This document shows positions 52,957 to 61,315 of a stretch of 64,000 nucleotides of DNA, piece by piece. The DNA comes from a virus. Taxonomy: Duplodnaviria > Caudoviricetes. Every line of letters starts with the position of its first letter. The first letter of the stretch is position 1. The notes below the pieces were generated by a model, which worked only from the letters and a program-made list of their open reading frames with translations, had not been told where the DNA came from and did not search any database. Both the position numbers and the translations under genes were made by a program. The stretch lies in IMG/VR virus record IMGVR_UViG_3300006752_000009; one strand, given 5' to 3'.

Positions 52957-55686
52957 ATGTTTGCCGATATGCTTGAGTCATTAAGACGACCAAATATACA
53001 ACCCAAGTTGTGGATGAAAGATTGCGAGTTAATCTTAGGCACAAAGGAAAACCTAGACCAATGTATTGATGAGTGTATCAACAGCGTTGCGTATGGGCTT
53101 GACCTTGAGACAACAGGTCTTGATAATCGTGTGTTCAACGGACGCACAAGAGATACGATTGTAGGGGTCTGCTTGTCAGCCCATAAGGATAAGGGGTACT
53201 ATTTCCCTGTTGGTCATCAAGAGGGTGTGGAACATAACATTCCTTGGAGATTGATGTATCCTGCACTTGAGCGTCTGCTTGACCTCTCTGTGAAAGCAGA
53301 GCCTATATTCCACAACGCCGCTTTTGACCAAGAGTTTTTGGAGTTCAACGAGTACAAGTCGGGTCTTGGTGAGGAGCGTTGGGACTCATTTGAATGGCAC
53401 GACACCTATATCATTCAGTATCTCTTGAACCCTCGTGAAAAAGGTGGTCGAGGACTAAAGCATTTAACTAATGCCCACCTTGAGCGAGAGATGATTGAGC
53501 TATCAGATCTTATGCCCGATGCTCCCGACAAGAACTACTCCAAACTTGATGTGAGTTGGGAACCATGTGTTTGGTATGCCGCTAGTGATGCAATGTGTAC
53601 GCTTGGACTATGGGAAGTACTTTATAAGAAGTACACCGAAGCTAAAGAACACACTAACTCGATGTATAAGTTAGAGCGTATGTGTCTACTTTCAACTCGT
53701 TGGATGCACAGAAATCGTGTCTACATTGATCGAGACACAGCCTTAAAGTATAGCCAACAGGGGCAGAAGCTATGGTTCGACTCTCTGATTGATGTCTATG
53801 ATGGAGCAAAAGAAATCTTAGGTCGAGACATTACCCCTAACTATGTTCGAGTCCTTAAAGGAGATCTGAAGGGAGAAAACAAGTTTAACCACATGGAAGT
53901 GGAGGGGATGAGCTATAAGACTCGTGTAGACGAAGCTCGTAAAGAAGCCTCTCGACTTTACCCCGATGAAAAGGGAGTAGTCACTAAGGCTGTGAAGATT
54001 ATCGGTAAGAGTGTAGGTACAGAGGAGATTGAGTTTCCACTTACTTATGACATCCTATCCCCTCAAAAGCTCGGCTTGTTATTTAGAGAGTTGAGTGTTC
54101 CAGGTCTTAAGGCGAGTGAAAAATCGGGTCAGGTCGTTACTTCCAAAGACATTCTTGAAGAGGTCATTGAGAAGGCTTCTGATGACTTTCCATTTATGGC
54201 TAAGGTTAAGACCTTTCGTGAGCTTGGGAAGGCAATGGGTCAGTATCTCATTCCATTTGTAGAAGATGTTGGACCAGATGGGACTCTCAAGCCTAAGTTT
54301 GATCAGTTTGCCGCTGACACAGGTCGTTTTTCATGTAAGACGAATAGTAAGCCTTGGAAAGTTAAAGATGGAGGGTGTCGTGTTCCCTTTCAAGGCATAC
54401 CTGCTACCTATGACCCAAATAAACCCGAAGCTGTTGCTAAGATGCGTTCTTGTGTGGCTGTGCGTGATGACGATTGGTGGTTAGCGGCCATTGATTACGC
54501 AGGTGTAGAGCTTCGGCTAGTTACGAACTTGAGTCTTGAGCCTAAGTGGATCAAGGCTTTCTTTGAATGTTCAGAATGTGGCACAGCTTACCCACAAGAA
54601 ATTCAAGAAGACGGATTCGCCAAAGCACCTCCATCTAACTGCGTGAACTGTGGGTCTGATAAGATTGGAGACTTACATACGATCACAGCAGTTGCGTTTT
54701 ATGGCGAGGGAGCTAAGAAGCGTGATGATTGGAAAGCGTTAAGAGGTAATGGTAAGGGTTGCAACTTTGCTTTGTCTTATGGTGGTACAGGTAAGGCTGT
54801 TCAGCGTACTATTGGTTGTTCAGCCGAAGAAGCAGATGAGAAGTTCAAGAAGTTTACATCAACTTATAGTGAACTGACTAAATGGTGGTCTAAGCAACAC
54901 AACTTTGGTCGTAAGCATGGATATGTAAAGACAGGTATGGGTCGTGTTCAACCATTACCCGACATCAAGTCTGATGACTTTAGGTTTAAATCCAAAGATG
55001 AGCGTAAGGCTGTTAATGGTCCAGTACAGGGTACGAGTGCTGATGTCACCAAGTTGGCGATGAGCTTCATCTACCAAGAGACTAAGAAGCGTGGTTGGCA
55101 AGATAAACTGATGATGATCTTGACCGTCCATGACGAAATCGTGTTCGAGATCCATAAGTCGATCTTGAAAGAGGCGATTGATATGATCTCCGAGATGATG
55201 ACTCGCAACAAAGTGATTAAGCGTCTAGGTTGGCGAGTGCCTTTACTTGTCGATGTTGAGCTTGGTAAGGATTGGACTGTTCCTTTTGATGTGAAAGATG
55301 TGATTGCAGGAGAAGCAGGGGATAAGGTCATTAACGCTAAGTACAAGTGCAAGGATTGTGGTGAAAAGACTCCTCGTGACCCTAAACCGACTGCGTGTAT
55401 GCACTGTGGTTCGACTAACATTAAAATTGATTACAAAGATGACTTCATTGCCAAGATCAAGAAGCAGACGGAACAACTTTATGCCGACTATGGGGTAAAT
55501 CCCGATGAAGTTGTCAAAGAGGTGGTTGTAGAAGACCCTGTTGAGAAATCGTCCGATAAGCCCACCTTTTGTGTTGAGGGACTGACGGAAGAAATCGCAA
55601 AAAACCTGTCCGATTGGATTAAATCGCAAGATGGTGAGTATGATGTGGTATATGAAGGACGGAGTATTATTGCATTATTAGAATGA
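52957..55686 (+). CDS. polA: Family A DNA polymerase with 3'-5' exonuclease and two zinc ribbons
   Basis: Start at ATG 52957 (AAGGAGG); Exo I DLETTG, Exo II HNAAFD, Exo III YAASDA; TGRFS; motif A IDYAGVELR, motif B RGNGKGCNFALSYG, motif C VHDEIVFE. Confidence 0.95.
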   Translation: MFADMLESLRRPNIQPKLWMKDCELILGTKENLDQCIDECINSVAYGLDLETTGLDNRVFNGRTRDTIVGVCLSAHKDKGYYFPVGHQEGVEHNIPWRLMYPALERLLDLSVKAEPIFHNAAFDQEFLEFNEYKSGLGEERWDSFEWHDTYIIQYLLNPREKGGRGLKHLTNAHLEREMIELSDLMPDAPDKNYSKLDVSWEPCVWYAASDAMCTLGLWEVLYKKYTEAKEHTNSMYKLERMCLLSTRWMHRNRVYIDRDTALKYSQQGQKLWFDSLIDVYDGAKEILGRDITPNYVRVLKGDLKGENKFNHMEVEGMSYKTRVDEARKEASRLYPDEKGVVTKAVKIIGKSVGTEEIEFPLTYDILSPQKLGLLFRELSVPGLKASEKSGQVVTSKDILEEVIEKASDDFPFMAKVKTFRELGKAMGQYLIPFVEDVGPDGTLKPKFDQFAADTGRFSCKTNSKPWKVKDGGCRVPFQGIPATYDPNKPEAVAKMRSCVAVRDDDWWLAAIDYAGVELRLVTNLSLEPKWIKAFFECSECGTAYPQEIQEDGFAKAPPSNCVNCGSDKIGDLHTITAVAFYGEGAKKRDDWKALRGNGKGCNFALSYGGTGKAVQRTIGCSAEEADEKFKKFTSTYSELTKWWSKQHNFGRKHGYVKTGMGRVQPLPDIKSDDFRFKSKDERKAVNGPVQGTSADVTKLAMSFIYQETKKRGWQDKLMMILTVHDEIVFEIHKSILKEAIDMISEMMTRNKVIKRLGWRVPLLVDVELGKDWTVPFDVKDVIAGEAGDKVINAKYKCKDCGEKTPRDPKPTACMHCGSTNIKIDYKDDFIAKIKKQTEQLYADYGVNPDEVVKEVVVEDPVEKSSDKPTFCVEGLTEEIAKNLSDWIKSQDGEYDVVYEGRSIIALLE

Positions 55687-55696
55687 GAGTAAGCAT

Positions 55697-56284
55697 ATGA
55701 AGCCCAATAAAGATTTCTTTTTAGAGTGTAATGAGGGTGGGTTAATGAGTCCACCAGAGTTTGAACGCACTTTTTGTAATCAATGTAAGAACCGACAATG
55801 TGTTCGAGCTGATTGGGCTTTTAGCACTTGGGATAAGCGTATCCTTACTCAAGTAGATCGCTTATTAACAAACCCTAACATCGTACTTCAAGCAGAAGCG
55901 AGTCGATGGGAAGGTGTTTCAGACTTTGAGGGTTTTCAAGAGCCACAAGAGATAGAGGTGTGGGGTGTCCCTCAAGAACCACAAGCACCTTTGATTGTAG
56001 ATGATGAGGAAGATACAATCCCTGCTCCTCCTGTAGAACCTCCAGAGATTGAAGAGGAAGAAGATGCTGTGGTAACCTCAGCACCTAAGATCGACTTACA
56101 GCCTCAGCCGATACCTCAACCACAGGTGTATCATAACCCTTTGAATACACCTCCACAAGAAATCACGATAGGTGAAGCACCTAAGCCTGCTCAAACACAG
56201 TCTCGCCCTAAGAGGTTTCAAGAAGACCCCTGGGCAGTTTCTGAAACGCTACCTGTAGGTGGCAAGTTTAAGATGGGGAAGTAA
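55697..56284 (+). CDS. Hypothetical protein: Cys-rich N-terminal domain and Pro/Glu-rich tail
   Basis: C..CNQC..C; PAPPVEPP low-complexity region. Confidence 0.65.
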   Translation: MKPNKDFFLECNEGGLMSPPEFERTFCNQCKNRQCVRADWAFSTWDKRILTQVDRLLTNPNIVLQAEASRWEGVSDFEGFQEPQEIEVWGVPQEPQAPLIVDDEEDTIPAPPVEPPEIEEEEDAVVTSAPKIDLQPQPIPQPQVYHNPLNTPPQEITIGEAPKPAQTQSRPKRFQEDPWAVSETLPVGGKFKMGK

Positions 56285-56286
56285 GT

Positions 56287-56490
56287 ATGATAGAGCTAGT
56301 AATATGTAAACACATCCGTAATGGGTACAAAGTCGTTTTACCTAAAAGCATGAATGTAAAGGTCTTACCTAAATACACTAAAGGGATTGTATCTAGCCCA
56401 TCCGAGTTGAAGCCTAATGATAAGATTAAGTTTGTAGGGTGGGTGTCAGCTTCAAATGATGATCGTTCATTATGGCGAGATTATCTTTGA
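56287..56490 (+). CDS. Hypothetical protein
   Basis: 67 aa, operon context. Confidence 0.5.
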   Translation: MIELVICKHIRNGYKVVLPKSMNVKVLPKYTKGIVSSPSELKPNDKIKFVGWVSASNDDRSLWRDYL

Positions 56491-56840
56491 AATATGAGCG
56501 TCTTGTTAAGCCATCTAAAGTCCTTCCTCCCGACCTTATAAGAGGCTATTATGAACAAGACCTTAAGAGTATTAAAGAGATCGAGGCTTGGCTCTCTAAG
56601 AATGGGTTGACCATATTATTTACGCTTGGGGAAGCCTACGGAAATGAGAGTGTTTATTTAGGTGAAGATAGTCGTGTCTATATAGGAACTGAAAAGATCC
56701 CTCGCATTGACTGGTTAAAGAAACAGATCTTAAGAGTAAGTACAGAGCTTTTACAACAAGCGATTAGAGAGGGTTGGACTCGCAAAAAAATGTTTGAAGT
56801 GCTTAAAAAAAGGTCTGAAGAAGAGAACAAGATAGTATAA
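56472..56840 (+). CDS. Hypothetical protein
   Basis: 122 aa. Confidence 0.6.
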   Translation: MARLSLKYERLVKPSKVLPPDLIRGYYEQDLKSIKEIEAWLSKNGLTILFTLGEAYGNESVYLGEDSRVYIGTEKIPRIDWLKKQILRVSTELLQQAIREGWTRKKMFEVLKKRSEEENKIV

Positions 56841-56902
56841 TGAGCGTGTTGAGTGGGCGATCCACTCATAAACTCAAACCATACACAACAGGAGAAATCA
56901 CT

Positions 56903-57091
56903 ATGAGTGGTATCGCTGATCGTATTGCAAATCTAAAGCAACTTCTCACTGACCTTGAGTCAGACGCAACCAAGACAGACAGTGGTAATAAGGCCGCAGG
57001 TACTCGTGTTCGTAAGACACTTCAAGAAGTGGTCAACGAGTCTAAAGAGATCCGTAAGGCTGTCATCGAGGCTCGTAATAGCGACAGCTAA
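56903..57091 (+). CDS. Histone H1-like Hc1-family protein
   Basis: Start moved to ATG 56903 (AGGAG); signature GNKAAGTRVRK..EIRK. Confidence 0.85.
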   Translation: MSGIADRIANLKQLLTDLESDATKTDSGNKAAGTRVRKTLQEVVNESKEIRKAVIEARNSDS

Positions 57092-57106
57092 TCGAACCTC
57101 TATACA

Positions 57107-57122
57107 ACACACACACACACAC
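57107..57122 (+). repeat. (AC)8 dinucleotide tract
   Basis: acacacacacacacac directly before the SD (AGAAAGGA) of ORF 57139. Confidence 0.9.
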
Positions 57123-57138
57123 AGAAAGGACATGACCT

Positions 57139-57447
57139 ATGTCTAACTTAAAAGGCGATCTAGCCCCTAAGCCAAATAAGACACCTTATGAGCTTCGGCT
57201 TGAGATTTTACATCTCGCTCAACACATCGTTGAAGACAATGTTGAAAAACAAATTCAGTATATGCACTCACAAGGCGACATTGCAGGTAGCTTTTATGAT
57301 CGTCATGAAGATACGATTGGTGTAGCTGCCGCTGAGTTGATTGCCTCAGCGAAAGAAAACATTGAGGGTTTGAAAATGCCCCCAATGGGGGTTGACGAAG
57401 TTTTGAGTATTGCGAAAAAGTTAAATAACTTTGTCTCCAATGGGTGA
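57139..57447 (+). CDS. Conserved phage hypothetical protein
   Basis: KTPYELRLEIL..A and DEVLSIAKKLNNFV motifs, recalled from marine T4-like phage proteins. Confidence 0.6.
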   Translation: MSNLKGDLAPKPNKTPYELRLEILHLAQHIVEDNVEKQIQYMHSQGDIAGSFYDRHEDTIGVAAAELIASAKENIEGLKMPPMGVDEVLSIAKKLNNFVSNG

Positions 57448-57484
57448 CAAGTCATATAACTAAAGCATATTCATTTGTGTCGGA

Positions 57485-57526
57485 GAAACCCTCGATTGCC
57501 CCAGTGGTGGTCGGGGGTTTTTCTTT
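57485..57526 (+). terminator. Rho-independent terminator
   Basis: GAAACCCTCGATT...GGTCGGGGGTTTTTCTTT, a stem with G-U pairs and a U tail, between convergent genes. Confidence 0.75.
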
Positions 57527-57881
57527 AGAGGTCGCAGAACTGACCCCACCAATCAGTATAGGTGACTTTGACCACATTAGATTTCTCGATGTGCCTTCGG
57601 CAATACTTACAAGGTCGAGCCATTGTCATCGTACCGTCTTTGAGAAATCTAATGACCTCAAGGCGATCTCCTTTTTGAGTATGCCTAAGAGCATCCATTT
57701 CAGCGTGTAGGTTGGAAACGAGAGTTCCGTCTTTAACCCTCCGAGCAAACCTTAAGTCTGTCTTGCTTGAGTTTACACCGATGTAAACAGGCTTCTTTTT
57801 TCTGAATACAATACAAGCGACATGGTACTTTTCACCATTAGACAATGCCATTCTCATAGCTTGTTTATAAATGCGTTTCAT
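57525..57881 (-). CDS. Zinc-dependent cytidine/dCMP deaminase-fold protein
   Basis: HVACIV..IGVNS, LHAEMDAL (HAE), ARPCKYC (PCxxC). Confidence 0.88.
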   Translation of the reverse strand: MKRIYKQAMRMALSNGEKYHVACIVFRKKKPVYIGVNSSKTDLRFARRVKDGTLVSNLHAEMDALRHTQKGDRLEVIRFLKDGTMTMARPCKYCRRHIEKSNVVKVTYTDWWGQFCDL

Positions 57882-57950
57882 AATAGGAGGTACATTATGT
57901 GTTATTATGACCCGATACTTTTGATGTGTATATGCGAGATTATTGAAGAG

Positions 57951-58379
57951 CTACTTGTAGTTTGATTTATCGAGAGCGTCCTCTAAGGCTTTCGCATTGA
58001 AGCCATAGTCGTGATACTTTTTAAGGACTCTCCAAAGATACTCTTCTTCTGGAGATATGAGATTTTTGTTCTCGGTGTAATAGACATGGGCTGTTACATA
58101 TTCACCATTATCACACATGACATCCATGATTGAACAAGAACACCCTTCAAATGGTTCGGGTAGCTCCCAATGATCTACGGTATAGAGGACACCCTCTAAG
58201 TAGTCGTTCATCTTCCCTGCTATCATAGAGCAGAAGCCTTGCTCCCCTTCGCTTTTGTTCGAGAAGATCAGTTTGAACCCTCTAATCATTGCAAACTTAT
58301 AAAATCGTGCTGATGGGTATTGATCGACCATAGTGTGTTCTTCGAGGCTTAATCCGTAAGCAAAGTAGAGTGCTTTCAT
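57951..58379 (-). CDS. Gamma-glutamylcyclotransferase (GGCT/AIG2-like) fold protein
   Basis: Start moved to ATG 58379; YFAYGLSL (cf. YFAYGSNL), LEGVLY, PEEEYL. Confidence 0.7.
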   Translation of the reverse strand: MKALYFAYGLSLEEHTMVDQYPSARFYKFAMIRGFKLIFSNKSEGEQGFCSMIAGKMNDYLEGVLYTVDHWELPEPFEGCSCSIMDVMCDNGEYVTAHVYYTENKNLISPEEEYLWRVLKKYHDYGFNAKALEDALDKSNYK

Positions 58380-58390
58380 CGCATTTCCTT

Positions 58391-58711
58391 TCAGTGATGA
58401 ACGACAAGGGCTGCCGCTCCGCATAGACAAAGTGCTAAAACACCTTTCCAGTTAAACCCGAAAAAGTAGCAGTTAAGAATAAGGTCTACAGTTAAGCTAC
58501 ACAATCCCCAAGTAACTCCTGCTTTCCACACATCACCCATTTCAATAAGTTTCCACCAAGCGTACAGGGTCATATAGTTGGTGAACAAGCTCGTGTAGAG
58601 CCACCATTTAAATGGCGACCAATCGAACCCATAAATGACTTTGGCATTTCCTTTGAACCAAAACACTATATTAGCGAGGCATAACAGACCCACAGGGATG
58701 ATATAATTCAT
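58391..58711 (-). CDS. Small 4-TM membrane protein (SMR/DMT-like topology)
   Basis: 106 aa with four hydrophobic helices, Trp-rich; ends KGVLALCLCGAAALVV. Confidence 0.55.
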   Translation of the reverse strand: MNYIIPVGLLCLANIVFWFKGNAKVIYGFDWSPFKWWLYTSLFTNYMTLYAWWKLIEMGDVWKAGVTWGLCSLTVDLILNCYFFGFNWKGVLALCLCGAAALVVHH

Positions 58712-59164
58712 TTAATGCACCAGACAGTCTACTTCAAAATCGTACCCCAAGAAAGAGGGTACAATCTGATGTGGGTCTGTTAACAGTGAAGGTTCTGATT
58801 GAAAATCTATGTCCGATAGAAATCCCTCGAACCCTTCTCCTTTAAAGTAAGACATCCCAAAAATTGACTGTTCTCCACTCCTGCTATCTTCAATCAAGCA
58901 CCAAAAAACGAAACCTATACTTTTTTCTTCTTCGTACATTTTTTGATGTGCTATAAAAGACCAAAATTCAGGATTAACATCTTGCAGGATTTCTGGTAAA
59001 GAGAATCCGAGCATAACTTTATTATGAAGTAAATCATCACCTGTCATAATAGACAAATGAGGAGGTAAAGTAGATACATCAAGACCGTAATCTCTAGCAC
59101 CCGTTACCGTTGTGCTTATCATGTTATAGGCTTCGTTATGAAAGTCAAAAGGGGAAATGTTCAT
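58712..59164 (-). CDS. Hypothetical acidic protein
   Basis: Start moved to ATG 59164; 150 aa. Confidence 0.55.
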   Translation of the reverse strand: MNISPFDFHNEAYNMISTTVTGARDYGLDVSTLPPHLSIMTGDDLLHNKVMLGFSLPEILQDVNPEFWSFIAHQKMYEEEKSIGFVFWCLIEDSRSGEQSIFGMSYFKGEGFEGFLSDIDFQSEPSLLTDPHQIVPSFLGYDFEVDCLVH

Positions 59165-59417
59165 GTCAACTCCATTAAGATCTGCTAGGTCTATCCAACA
59201 AAAACTCCTCACAAGCAAGGAAGCTATCAGATCAGTTATTTCTTATTGTACTTATAGAAAAGACGATAGGGTATGCTCCGATAAAGATTTAGCGAAAAAA
59301 CTCAAGCAAGTAGATCGAGAGATTGGTAGATTACTAGAGTATGTTCAATCCTTAGAGGGTCAAACTCGAAGAACACTGCGAGAAGAACGACTTAAAAAAG
59401 AAAGAGAGAATAGATAA
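59157..59417 (+). CDS. Hypothetical basic coiled-coil protein
   Basis: 86 aa; stop/start overlap with the FmdB-like gene; start uncertain. Confidence 0.5.
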   Translation: MFMSTPLRSARSIQQKLLTSKEAIRSVISYCTYRKDDRVCSDKDLAKKLKQVDREIGRLLEYVQSLEGQTRRTLREERLKKERENR

Positions 59418-59599
59418 TGCCTACTTATAACTACAGATGCAAAAACGAAGAGTGTAAACATGAGTTTCAAGCGATGCACAAGATGAGCGACCCACCACCC
59501 CCATGCCCTAAATGTAGTGGTGAACAGGTTGAGAAGCTGATAAAGGGTATGAACTTTGTCTTAAAAGGTAGTGGATGGTTCAATTCTGGTGGATACTGA
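59417..59599 (+). CDS. FmdB-family zinc-ribbon protein
   Basis: MPTYNYRC...C.HEF...CPKC...KLI..FVLKGSGWF. Confidence 0.9.
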   Translation: MPTYNYRCKNEECKHEFQAMHKMSDPPPPCPKCSGEQVEKLIKGMNFVLKGSGWFNSGGY

Positions 59600-59879
59600 T
59601 CTGCTTAAGTCTCTTGTCAACCATCCCAAATGGGTATGGCAAATGGGCCTGCTAGGTTTCCCCTACTTTAAACCGACACAGAGGGTTAGGAAGATAGGAG
59701 TTGGGGATGACTCTTGGCTTCCTGCTTTAGATGATCCTGTGACTCTCGGCTACTTACACCACCTGTATGTAATCAATAATGGGTCTGTAAGGCGAGATGG
59801 TGAGCTATGGGTAAGCTCACATGGGGTTGAGGGAAAAGACTTAGCAGATGTGCTTGTAGAGTCTTTCCTCAAACTTTAA
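59571..59879 (+). CDS. Conserved phage hypothetical protein
   Basis: HPKWVWQMG and LPALDDPVTLGYL resemble the PDLxDPATLG motif of phage hypotheticals. Confidence 0.55.
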   Translation: MDGSILVDTDLLKSLVNHPKWVWQMGLLGFPYFKPTQRVRKIGVGDDSWLPALDDPVTLGYLHHLYVINNGSVRRDGELWVSSHGVEGKDLADVLVESFLKL

Positions 59880-59883
59880 TAGT

Positions 59884-60210
59884 TTAAAATCTAGGTTCTC
59901 TACCTCGACACCACTTAGACTGTTCCTCTGTCCAATAGAGCCTAGCCTTACCACGCTTCTTCTTTAGAGCCATTTCAGCTTTCATGGCTTCTGATCTGTT
60001 AGCGTATGGACCATAGGTACACATTAACACCCAAGGTCGGTGCTTTGATGTGTACTTAGCACCACCTTTGATTTCTCCCTGGTGCTGTCTCAGCCTACGG
60101 TTAACATCTGTAGTGCAACCCACATAGAAAAAACCTGGTAGTTGTTTACCTGTCTTAGCTGATCTTCTCATCTGCTGACTCTGAATAACATATACGACCC
60201 ATTCGCTCAT
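59884..60210 (-). CDS. GIY-YIG nuclease, SLX1-like
   Basis: Start moved to ATG 60210; VVYVIQS..FYVGCTTDVNRRLRQHQGEIKGGAKYT..RPW..EAMKAE. Confidence 0.88.
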   Translation of the reverse strand: MSEWVVYVIQSQQMRRSAKTGKQLPGFFYVGCTTDVNRRLRQHQGEIKGGAKYTSKHRPWVLMCTYGPYANRSEAMKAEMALKKKRGKARLYWTEEQSKWCRGREPRF

Positions 60211-60225
60211 TTGTAGTTCCTTTAT
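60211..60225 (+). promoter_or_regulatory. Class-2 promoter motif TTGTAGTTCCTTTAT
   Basis: 36 nt upstream of ATG 60262; followed by a 6-bp CTTTAG/CTAAAG stem (60232-60256) overlapping the SD. Confidence 0.55.
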
Positions 60226-60261
60226 ACACTGCTTTAGGTGATCTATTATACTAAAGGAAAT

Positions 60262-60717
60262 ATGATGAGAAATCATAACAAGATGGCAAGTCGAGTTGCA
60301 TATCGCTACATGAAACAAGCAGGTCTATTGAGTAAGATCGTAGATTTCTTTACCGAGAGTCCTCGTGAGAAAGAGAAGAAGCCTGTGTTTGATGTCGCTA
60401 AAGTCTGGGTGACAGCAGGTATCTATGGGGCTACTATGGGTTGGGTATCAAAGACTCTTAAGCTCAAAGGCAAAGATACTGCGATCATTGACTACAAAGG
60501 GGATAATCTCAAGCTCTCCATCTCACAAGAACGAGTTAGGGGGATGAAGGACAATGGGGGCATCAAAGGAGACTTCTTTGTAGTGATTTCTTTGACTGGT
60601 GTTGATAAGAACATACCTAAGAGTCAGTTAGATAAAGTCTTAGCAGGTATTCTTAGAGAGGTTCGGCTTGAACCCGACTTTACCGAAACTCCTGTTGAAC
60701 ACCCCAATATGCGTTAG
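60262..60717 (+). CDS. Hypothetical protein with RVAYRY leader
   Basis: Start moved to ATG 60262; MMRNHNKMASRVAYRYMKQAGLLSK. Confidence 0.7.
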   Translation: MMRNHNKMASRVAYRYMKQAGLLSKIVDFFTESPREKEKKPVFDVAKVWVTAGIYGATMGWVSKTLKLKGKDTAIIDYKGDNLKLSISQERVRGMKDNGGIKGDFFVVISLTGVDKNIPKSQLDKVLAGILREVRLEPDFTETPVEHPNMR

Positions 60718-61313
60718 ACCTCTAAGCTCACTCCAAAGAGCCGACCCTCTGATACCCTGTCGATCTTAATTGACTTCATTCCTTGCAGGTTCAGTGACTC
60801 TGTGGACAGCTCACCAATCGTGAGGCTTGACCCTTTAGTGAGGGTGAACATTAGACCCCCGATGTTCACCTCTTTAGTGCTTGTATCAGTAGGCTCTTGT
60901 GGTGAGAGGAGTACAGGTTCTTCGCTAGAGGATGCCTCACCACCTTCCATGATGTTATACATCTGATCCCTAAACTTCTTTGGAAGCTCACAACCGTACA
61001 ACCCTTTGAGGTGGTAGTTGAGCTGATTGACCGATTTAAACTTGTGGCATACCATCTTTGAGTATTTGAGGATTGAGGTATGGATGAGGTCTTTCTCCTC
61101 TCCCACAGCACCCCTCTGAGAAGCGTACTTACGGATAGACATAAGTGCTTTCACAAAGACCTCTTTACTGAGGACACCTGTTGCTAGATAGTTCTTGCGA
61201 TGCTTGAGAGTCCAAATGTGCGTGGAGTCTACAACATCTTTTTGACCATGATTAAGGTCGAGGTATTTCATTGGTTCATTTAAGAGGAGGCAAGCCTCTG
61301 AGGATAGGTTCAT
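60714..61313 (-). CDS. Hypothetical protein sharing a C-terminal beta module with 61316..62554
   Basis: IGGLMFTL..LTIGEL..DRVSEGRLFGVSLEV. Confidence 0.65.
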   Translation of the reverse strand: MNLSSEACLLLNEPMKYLDLNHGQKDVVDSTHIWTLKHRKNYLATGVLSKEVFVKALMSIRKYASQRGAVGEEKDLIHTSILKYSKMVCHKFKSVNQLNYHLKGLYGCELPKKFRDQMYNIMEGGEASSSEEPVLLSPQEPTDTSTKEVNIGGLMFTLTKGSSLTIGELSTESLNLQGMKSIKIDRVSEGRLFGVSLEV

Positions 61314-61315
61314 GT

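Noticed and set aside
52957-55686. Intein or intron in polA
   Set aside because: All exonuclease and polymerase motifs are in one frame at near-normal spacing. The inserts are short CxxC ribbons with no C/S...HN splice motifs or LAGLIDADG.
59157-59218. Head-to-head overlap of ORFs 58712..59218 (-) and 59157..59417 (+)
   Set aside because: Most likely start-codon over-extension of one or both ORFs; no evidence for a functional overlap.
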